Shown one piece after another: positions 57,646-64,000 of a stretch of DNA of 64,000 nt. Each line of letters starts with the position of its first letter. Within the stretch, counting starts at the first letter, position 1. The stretch comes from Candidatus Moraniibacteriota bacterium (lineage in GTDB: Bacteria; Patescibacteriota; Minisyncoccia; Moranbacterales; UBA1568): the NCBI GenBank assembly GCA_028711705.1, contig JAQTRS010000001.1:30581-94580 (forward strand), given 5' to 3'. The notes under the pieces were generated by a model that made no database searches, was not told the DNA's origin, and was given only the letters and a program-made list of their open reading frames with translations. The translations under genes and the position numbers were made by a program.

Positions 57646-58368
57646 TCAGACATAGGACGACTGGGAACGTGTTTTCTCACTCTTTTTATGTAAAGCATTC
57701 GATATCCAGGCCCATGTCGATACGACTTCCTGCTCCGCTTCATTTTCTTCTTCCTGAGCAACATCAAAGGATATGTCTATTGTCTCGTGCAATGTATGCT
57801 CGGCAAGCTCTACCCATGATAGCATGGTGGTTGATACGACGCTTTCAAGCGCGGGATAGATAAGGATAGTATCATCCGCCGCTGTCTGTATGGTTTGCAG
57901 GAATTGATCACTCTCTTCCTTGCGAACTTTTTTTCGAGTAATGATGATGCGGAATACGCCTTTATCGATCCTGAAACATTGATCGGCCGGGTGGAGCAGA
58001 TATTTCTTAATATTCGCAGCCAAAAGTCTGACGAGTATATCTTGCTCTACCTTTTTCAGGCTTTCGATTCTATTCAGTTTTACCTGAATAAAATGTATCG
58101 CTTCATCTTTGCCATCGCCATCAGCCTCGATGCAGGCTTCAAGCAACAGCTGCGGTAGGAACACCTCGTCCAAAAACCGCTTATTCCCCCACTTGGTCAA
58201 TGGGTCGAAGAAAGCGACCGATGAAAGCTGCGCGTTTGTCTTGCAGGTCATCACCAGCATTGTGATCATACCTACTACAAGTATAAGGAGCGCGATCAGT
58301 ATTTCGTTAGTGTGGAGCGTTACGAACTTGGCTAGATATAACATAAAAACACCTCTTTGTTGTTGCAA
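57646..58368 (-). CDS. Membrane-anchored degenerate GGDEF-domain protein (GGDEF replaced by DKGVF)
   Basis: FDPLTKWGNKRFLDE resembles the GGDEF domain start. The A-site position reads CFRIDKGVFRIII instead of RYGGDEF. Confidence 0.45.
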   Translation of the reverse strand: MQQQRGVFMLYLAKFVTLHTNEILIALLILVVGMITMLVMTCKTNAQLSSVAFFDPLTKWGNKRFLDEVFLPQLLLEACIEADGDGKDEAIHFIQVKLNRIESLKKVEQDILVRLLAANIKKYLLHPADQCFRIDKGVFRIIITRKKVRKEESDQFLQTIQTAADDTILIYPALESVVSTTMLSWVELAEHTLHETIDISFDVAQEEENEAEQEVVSTWAWISNALHKKSEKTRSQSSYV

Positions 58369-58491
58369 TAAAGAAAATTGTTAAGGTATGCGATAAGTGA
58401 ATTACTTATCAAAGCATATTAACATATCTTTACAAAAAAGTCAAGTGTTTTTATGATGATATTCGGTTGCTTCGCTTCAGAAATACCGTTA

Positions 58492-58842
58492 CTAAGCCTT
58501 TCTAAATTTGACGGCGAAGAGGGGTTCGTAGCGGTTCTGATACTCATCCACCACTTCGACGGTTTTGCCGTCCATGAGGGTGGTGATAGCGATATCGTTG
58601 AGCATCTCTTGCTCGCTTTCGATCTCGTCTTTCAGGTCTTCAAGTTCGGCGTAGCGTTTTCCCATCTGCTCTTGGGTGCGGATCTCGATCTGTTTTTTGC
58701 GCTCCTTGAGTTTCTTGAGTTCCTCCAGAATCAATTCATGATCATCAGCATTGGCAAGCGTATCGGCGTATTCTTTCTTAATGGTCTTCATTTCCTTTTT
58801 CATCTCTTGGATGTGGTTGAAAATCGATTGCAGGTCCTTCAT
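58492..58842 (-). CDS. Hypothetical coiled-coil protein (116 aa)
   Basis: Lys/Glu-rich heptad-like ORF. Confidence 0.4.
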   Translation of the reverse strand: MKDLQSIFNHIQEMKKEMKTIKKEYADTLANADDHELILEELKKLKERKKQIEIRTQEQMGKRYAELEDLKDEIESEQEMLNDIAITTLMDGKTVEVVDEYQNRYEPLFAVKFRKA

Positions 58843-58970
58843 AGCATTTCTTTTTATATGATGAGTTAAAATGTATCCCCCGCCCCCTTTTTAAATAAAC
58901 AAAAAGAGCACCGGAAAGAATGTCTATACATAGTATAGCACATACCTCGGCCACCCTTCTTTCAGGTGCT

Positions 58971-60110
58971 TTATTCGAACAGATAAAGGTATTTACTGTA
59001 GCCTTTGGCTTCCATTTCTTCCTTCGGGATGAAGAAGAGGGCGGCGGAATTCATGCAGTAGCGTTTGCCGCCGCGATCCTTAGGGCCGTCATCGAAGACA
59101 TGCCCGAGATGGGAGTCGGCGTGTTTGGACCGCACCTCGATTCGGGTCGTGAACAACCCCTTGTCCTCGTGGAGTGTGACATCATCGTTTTCGATCGGCT
59201 TGACGAAGGATGGCCAACCGGTGCCAGAGTCATATTTGTCTTTGGACGAGAAAAGCGGTTCTCCGGAAATTCGGTCAACATAGATACCGTCGGCCTTATT
59301 GGTATCGTATTCGTTATTGAAGGGCGGCTCGGTGCCTTCTTGCTGGGTCACTTTGTATTGGAGCGGGGTCAGCGTCTGCTTGAGCATCTCGTCGGATGGC
59401 TTCTGATAGTTTTCAAAATCCGTCGCGCCGGATATTTGAGGCATCGGTGTTTCGGCTACGGATCCCTTTCCTTTGTGCTGTTCGATAAAATCGCTCCGAC
59501 CGGATCTGCTTCGATAGAAGTTATAGCGAACCGGGTTTTTCTTCGCGTAGTCCTGATGGTATTCTTCCGCCGGCCAAAACTTCACGCGTGGGATCACGAC
59601 GATAGCGATCGGCTTGGCATACACCTCTTCCGCGTCTATTTTGGCGATCACTTTCTGTGCGATGATTTTTTCCTCATCGGTGTCATAGTAGATGGCCGGT
59701 GCATACTGCTTTCCGCGGTCATTGAAGGAGCCCGTAGCGTCTGTCGGGTCACTGTAGCGCATGATGTGCTCCACAAGGCTCTCATAGGTCGTTTTTGAGG
59801 GGTCATAGGTGACCTCAACGACTTCGCGGTGTCCGCCTTGGGCGTAGTTTTCATAGGTCGGGTTTTCCGTTGAGCCGCCGGCATAACCGGAAACGACGTT
59901 CACGATTCCGCTCAGCTTCTCAAAATCCGCTTCGACGCACCAAAAACACCCTCCCGCAAAAAGAGCGGTCTTTGTTCCCTCTGTAGTGGTTGATGGCATA
60001 GGCGTGATGTTAGATGATGATTGATTACGCGACAAAAACGCTGCCAGAGAGATGACCGCGAGTAGGATAAGGATTCCGGCGAGTACCATAGGTTGTTTGT
60101 AGTTATACAT
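58971..60110 (-). CDS. msrAB: Bifunctional methionine sulfoxide reductase MsrA-MsrB, N-terminally membrane-anchored
   Basis: TM segment ([17 protein letters not shown]). MsrA motif GGCFWCVE. MsrB motifs [17 protein letters not shown] and CMNSAAL. The longer ORF to 60332 overextends. Confidence 0.85.
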   Translation of the reverse strand: MYNYKQPMVLAGILILLAVISLAAFLSRNQSSSNITPMPSTTTEGTKTALFAGGCFWCVEADFEKLSGIVNVVSGYAGGSTENPTYENYAQGGHREVVEVTYDPSKTTYESLVEHIMRYSDPTDATGSFNDRGKQYAPAIYYDTDEEKIIAQKVIAKIDAEEVYAKPIAIVVIPRVKFWPAEEYHQDYAKKNPVRYNFYRSRSGRSDFIEQHKGKGSVAETPMPQISGATDFENYQKPSDEMLKQTLTPLQYKVTQQEGTEPPFNNEYDTNKADGIYVDRISGEPLFSSKDKYDSGTGWPSFVKPIENDDVTLHEDKGLFTTRIEVRSKHADSHLGHVFDDGPKDRGGKRYCMNSAALFFIPKEEMEAKGYSKYLYLFE

Positions 60111-60112
60111 AG

Positions 60113-60481
60113 TTATTTCCATAGAGTGAGCCATACGCCGATATAGTGTACTACGACGTAGAGGAAGAAAATATATCCGAGGACACCGACGATGAGGGTC
60201 AACGCGATCGTATTGATAATCTCGTTGCGCTGGCGTTTCGCGGCGTCGAGCGAGCAGATGTTTTTGGTCCGACGGAAGTAGAGCACGAGTGCGATGGCCA
60301 TGACGATCAGACCTGCCAGACGAAAATACCATTTATATTCCCCATAGAGCGTATCAGCAAGCGAGGAGGCGAAACTGACCGTCCCGATACCGAAAACGAC
60401 CAATATGACCGGCGACAAGCAGCAAAGCGATGCGATCAGTACCGGTATCCCGCTCAGTTTGAGGATTTCCTTTATATTCAT
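60113..60481 (-). CDS. Small 3-TM membrane protein with a vicinal Cys pair (SLCCLSPV) in TM1, MerT-like. Its stop lies 2 nt from the msrAB start.
   Basis: The architecture (CC in the first TM, a Cys in a cytoplasmic loop, ~120 aa) resembles MerT. Confidence 0.5.
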   Translation of the reverse strand: MNIKEILKLSGIPVLIASLCCLSPVILVVFGIGTVSFASSLADTLYGEYKWYFRLAGLIVMAIALVLYFRRTKNICSLDAAKRQRNEIINTIALTLIVGVLGYIFFLYVVVHYIGVWLTLWK

Positions 60482-60492
60482 ACGTGGAACTT

Positions 60493-60882
60493 TTAATATA
60501 CTTTTGCGGAATTAAAGAGCACTCCGAATGCCTTACACCAGATGAGCACATACGGGTACTCGCGAGGATTGATATTCTCTGGGATTTCATAGTTGATATT
60601 CCCCTCCGTTGCGCGGACACGACCGATTTCGACATATTCTTTCGCATCAAAATCTTTCGAAAGATAGACATAAATATCCGGGCCGTTGATAGTTTGCAAC
60701 TCCTCGTAACGTACGAACGATTTGCCACCCGACCGGATAATGCGTACAAAGCCGCTTCCAGGATGAGCCGGGGTCGCGATTATCGCTACCCGATTACTGA
60801 TCGTTTCTTCTGCTACGTCCTGCGGAAGCGTATCCGTAACAGACCGGTCTAATGATGCCGGTGCGCCTTTGGAAGAAGGCAT
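60493..60882 (-). CDS. DM13-like domain protein. The N-terminal signal/TM segment appears to lie in another frame upstream (possible frameshift).
   Basis: NGPDIYVYLSKD, YEIPENI and YPYVLIWCKAFGVLFNSA resemble DM13 domain motifs. An out-of-frame MNTQRIIIICVGVAAAGFAYYAI ORF starts at 60992. Confidence 0.4.
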   Translation of the reverse strand: MPSSKGAPASLDRSVTDTLPQDVAEETISNRVAIIATPAHPGSGFVRIIRSGGKSFVRYEELQTINGPDIYVYLSKDFDAKEYVEIGRVRATEGNINYEIPENINPREYPYVLIWCKAFGVLFNSAKVY

Positions 60883-61071
60883 CGGTAGGGCTCATCGACA
60901 CGCACATTGCGAAACAAAGGCGAGATGGCATAGTAAGCAAAACCCGCCGCCGCTACACCAACACAGATGATAATGATTCGTTGCGTATTCATAGTAGTAG
61001 TATATACCACTTTAGGATTAAAACCAGCTCCGAAATCATACCCTTTCAGTCCTACTACGAAAAGAGCGCCG

Positions 61072-61527
61072 TTATTTTTCCAAAGCGGATGATGCCTGTC
61101 CTATCATGCGGCTGAGTGTTTGTAAAAAACTTGCTGCCCCGGCCACGGAAAGGAGGATGAGGAGTATGAAATACTCGGGCAGTGTCGTATAAAAAACCAT
61201 AACTCCGAAACCGAACCATATCCCCGCACACCACGGACAGCTTGTGATGTGACCCAAAGAACGCATGAGGGCATTCCCGCGCGTCAGCCATTCACGGATA
61301 AACTGCGTGATGGAATCATACACGAAAAGACGGATAATCCGATACGTCGCCAAAATCAATATCGACATATCCAGCATGGGAATCCTCGTCGGCAGAGCCC
61401 CGATGAAATGCTGAAAATAATATGCCATCCCAAAAGAAAGGACTGGAAAAAAGAAGAAAAGGAAGACGCTCCATCTTTCTGCGCCTGTATCCCCTTTGTG
61501 TATGTGGCACCCAAGGTGTTGGTTCAT
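61072..61527 (-). CDS. DUF1360-like membrane protein
   Basis: The CPWCAGIW motif after hydrophobic helices is typical of DUF1360. Confidence 0.5.
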   Translation of the reverse strand: MNQHLGCHIHKGDTGAERWSVFLFFFFPVLSFGMAYYFQHFIGALPTRIPMLDMSILILATYRIIRLFVYDSITQFIREWLTRGNALMRSLGHITSCPWCAGIWFGFGVMVFYTTLPEYFILLILLSVAGAASFLQTLSRMIGQASSALEK

Positions 61528-61570
61528 AAACGTTAACGCTTATCGCCATCGAGTATGCGGAATATATTCT

Positions 61571-63028
61571 CTACAGACTTCCCAAATCCAAGACCTCGTC
61601 GATACGGATCTGCGACCAGAAGTCCGGGACGTGGCTCACGAGAATCATCGTGCCCTTGTACTGATCGAGCGCTTCGGCGATAACAGGAATGTGACGGAAG
61701 TTGATGTGATTGGTCGGCTCATCAAGAATCAGGAGGCCCGGTTTTTCCAAGACGAGCCTGGCGAATGCTAAAAGCCCCTTCTGTCCTTCGGAAAGGCTGC
61801 CGACCGTTTTGGCCAAAAGGTCACCGGTCAAAAGGAACTGCGCCGCGGTTTTGCGGATTTCTTCTTCCGCACCGAAATTGGATGCCTGTTTCAAAATATC
61901 ATAGGCCGTAGCATCGAAATCCAGGTTGGAAAAGTCCTGACGATAATAACCGACGATAACGCCTTCGGTGATGACGGTGCGTTCCGAGCTGCCGCCGGTC
62001 AGGGATTCCAAGAAGGTTGTTTTACCGATACCGTTGGGTCCGGAAATAAGGAGATGCTGATTTTTCTTAAGCGTCATATTGACCGGGCATATGGTCGGTT
62101 CATGGTCTTTCATGACGGAGACGGTCTTGATCTGCAGTACCGGCCCGATGATCTCTTGGGCCTGGATAGTGAAGGGGCGGATGGTTTTGTCTTCACGGCG
62201 CACATCGGCTTTGTTTTCTTCAAGGTCTTCAATCGTATCGCGCATTTTCTTGGCGACATTACGCAGCTTGCCTCCCTTTTGCGCGAAGAAGTTGGCCTGC
62301 TCCTTGCGATGCTTGATATCTTTTTCCAAACGGGCGTTCTTGCGCTCTTCTTGTTCGATGCGGCGAGCCACTTCTTCCATCACATCATAATAATTGCCGC
62401 TGTATTGATCTGTTTTATGCGTGAATACATCAAGGTAGACGACGCCATCGGTGAAGGCATTGAGGAAATCGGCATCGTGAGAAATAACGATACAGGTGTT
62501 CGGGTAATTGAGGATGAATTGCGTGAGGTGTTCGATACCGGCATGATCGAGGTTATTGGTCGGCTCATCGAGCAAAAGGATATCCGGATTCTGGATGAGG
62601 GCGTGGGCCAGCAAAAGACGTGCCTGTTGACCGCCTGAAAATGACGAAATCTTTTTCTCGATAGGGTCTTTGACGGTGAGGTGCACGATTTCGAGAGCCT
62701 CTTTGATTTTTCCAACGATATTTCCCGGGACTTCCCGGAATGCGGTTTCAAAGAATTCTTGCACGGTAAGCTCGAGCTGTTCGCGCGCGAATACCTGCTT
62801 GGCGATAGCGACGGTTTCATCCCGATCGATAGAAATCCGGCCGCCTTCCGGTTTGTTTTCTCCGGTAATCAGCTTGAAAAGGGAGCTCTTCCCTGCCCCG
62901 TTCTGACCCATGAGGGTGATTTTCGATCCGCGGCGTATCGAAAAGCTTGCCTCATCCAAGATGGGCTTTTTGTGGTCATACTCGAAGGAAACCTCATCGA
63001 ATCTCAGGATTACATCGTCTTTCGCCAT
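61571..63028 (-). CDS. ABC-F family ATPase (two ABC domains, no TMD)
   Basis: Two Walker A motifs (GQNGAGKSSL and GPNGIGKTTF). Two signature motifs (FSGGQQARL and LSEGQKGLL). Confidence 0.85.
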   Translation of the reverse strand: MAKDDVILRFDEVSFEYDHKKPILDEASFSIRRGSKITLMGQNGAGKSSLFKLITGENKPEGGRISIDRDETVAIAKQVFAREQLELTVQEFFETAFREVPGNIVGKIKEALEIVHLTVKDPIEKKISSFSGGQQARLLLAHALIQNPDILLLDEPTNNLDHAGIEHLTQFILNYPNTCIVISHDADFLNAFTDGVVYLDVFTHKTDQYSGNYYDVMEEVARRIEQEERKNARLEKDIKHRKEQANFFAQKGGKLRNVAKKMRDTIEDLEENKADVRREDKTIRPFTIQAQEIIGPVLQIKTVSVMKDHEPTICPVNMTLKKNQHLLISGPNGIGKTTFLESLTGGSSERTVITEGVIVGYYRQDFSNLDFDATAYDILKQASNFGAEEEIRKTAAQFLLTGDLLAKTVGSLSEGQKGLLAFARLVLEKPGLLILDEPTNHINFRHIPVIAEALDQYKGTMILVSHVPDFWSQIRIDEVLDLGSL

Positions 63029-63154
63029 AGCTTTTTCACATTTATCTAGTAGTATGCTTTATTGTTACATAAAAACCGGCCTTTTGCAACCGGATAAGTA
63101 TGCTTCAGATATTTTAAAGAGCCCTCTGGTTTTCAGTAGAGCTCTTTAGGATTG

Positions 63155-63694
63155 TTATTTTACCGCTGCTTCGATAGAAAGCTCTGACGGTAAGTTTTTG
63201 ACGATCTTAAACATCGGCTTGAGCGACCTGGCTTCATATGCCACAAAAAGGAATCGGGCATCATTTGCCAAAATAGCGAACAAATGAAGTTTTATTTCCT
63301 GAATCACCTGATTGCCTTCGGTACGCCTTAATCCTCGAGCGAAGCTGTCAAACGTGAGGTCGCTGGGGTTTGATGAGGTAGTGGTAGCTTTTCTAGAAAC
63401 CAGCTCCCGTGTGAGATGCATGTGACTCAGTACTCCACTATCAGACTCCTTCCACAGAGTAATCGGCAATTCCTTGACACTATCGGTCATTGAATCTGTA
63501 AAAGTAAGTCCTTCAAAAAGCAATAATGGCGGTATTTTTTTGAACTTATCGATATGCGGGTATTCGAATGTTAGGACACGACTACCTGGCAGCGCCGTTT
63601 GATAGCGGCATGATTCTTTATCGATAAGGATTGCTTCATATTTTTTCAAGGCGCTTTGACCGTGAAAATAAGTGCATAGAATGAGTTTATCCAC
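63155..63694 (-). CDS. Hypothetical protein (179 aa)
   Basis: ORF only. Confidence 0.35.
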   Translation of the reverse strand: MDKLILCTYFHGQSALKKYEAILIDKESCRYQTALPGSRVLTFEYPHIDKFKKIPPLLLFEGLTFTDSMTDSVKELPITLWKESDSGVLSHMHLTRELVSRKATTTSSNPSDLTFDSFARGLRRTEGNQVIQEIKLHLFAILANDARFLFVAYEARSLKPMFKIVKNLPSELSIEAAVK

Positions 63695-63847
63695 GAGAAA
63701 TTCTCCATTGTTATGAGAGGAACTGTTATGTCACAGGGTGACACCGTATTTAAGCATAAAGAACACATCCTGTCAATGACATCAAAAAGCCCCGACGAGA
63801 AACATCAGGGCTTTTGAAAATGGCGAGTGGTACTGGCGCACGGTTAT

Positions 63848-64000
63848 TGCCCTGTCCAGCGGGTCAGAAGAATGATCTGCATGACCACCATAATCCAAAA
63901 GGATGCGAGAAAGAACGTGCGGCCTTTCGCGATAAGGTTCGGATCCGAAGCGATTTCCTTGCTTGAAAGACCGGGGTTCTTGAAAAGGAAAACGGATTCA
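63848..64000 (-). CDS. 3' end of a membrane protein gene whose upstream part lies beyond the window end
   Basis: Minus-strand frame open to the window edge, ending ...FLASFWIMVVMQIILLTRWTGQ*. Confidence 0.25.

Overview
This 64-kb window reads as a bacterial chromosome segment with near-complete gene density. It resembles a reduced-genome bacterium with a Gram-positive-type envelope, possibly a Patescibacteria-like lineage, though the lineage call is weak. From the 5' end: the C-terminal part of alaS; a three-palindrome AT-rich junction; then one long same-strand operon (~934-13552) that is a composite type I restriction-modification locus: YgjP-like metallopeptidase, hsdM, five nested genes, hsdS, two nested genes, hsdR. 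The nested genes are unrecognised or weakly recognised and very AT-rich: a AAA/DUF4143 ATPase, a wHTH protein, an AlbA_2/Schlafen-like protein, a protein with an R-x4-H HEPN-like motif, and others. They are the best candidates for an undescribed defence module. Next come a zeta-toxin-family kinase with an overlapping downstream small ORF, then rplU, then a striking tandem array of four diverged paralogous ~210-240 aa proteins. Each paralog carries its own TTGAC-N17 promoter, a conserved GC-rich 5' UTR hairpin plus Shine-Dalgarno block, and a conserved terminator hairpin. Further downstream: a cell-envelope glycopolymer cluster (GT4, Wzy/O-antigen-ligase-like, GT4, LCP, GT2, CtpA); a sigma-70-region-4 + HARE-HTH protein; a membrane protein plus a VirD4/TraD-like coupling ATPase with a Pro/Ala-rich tail and a zinc-ribbon-like motif; ftsB-like; a parvulin PPIase; an active HtrA; clpB; a catalytically dead HtrA paralog; a CIRCE element in front of a solitary groES; an Nramp transporter; the rhodanese-fmt-def-priA operon (reverse strand); lexA with a candidate palindromic operator; an SDR; an AlkD-like repair protein; queH; pirin; thpR; a TagA-like GT; gltX; an M23 peptidase; a degenerate GGDEF protein; a putative extracytoplasmic redox operon (DUF1360 - DM13-like - MerT-like CC membrane protein - membrane-anchored MsrAB); and an ABC-F ATPase. 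No rRNA, tRNA or CRISPR array was recognised. Many long antisense ORFs in the GC-rich part are treated as artefacts.
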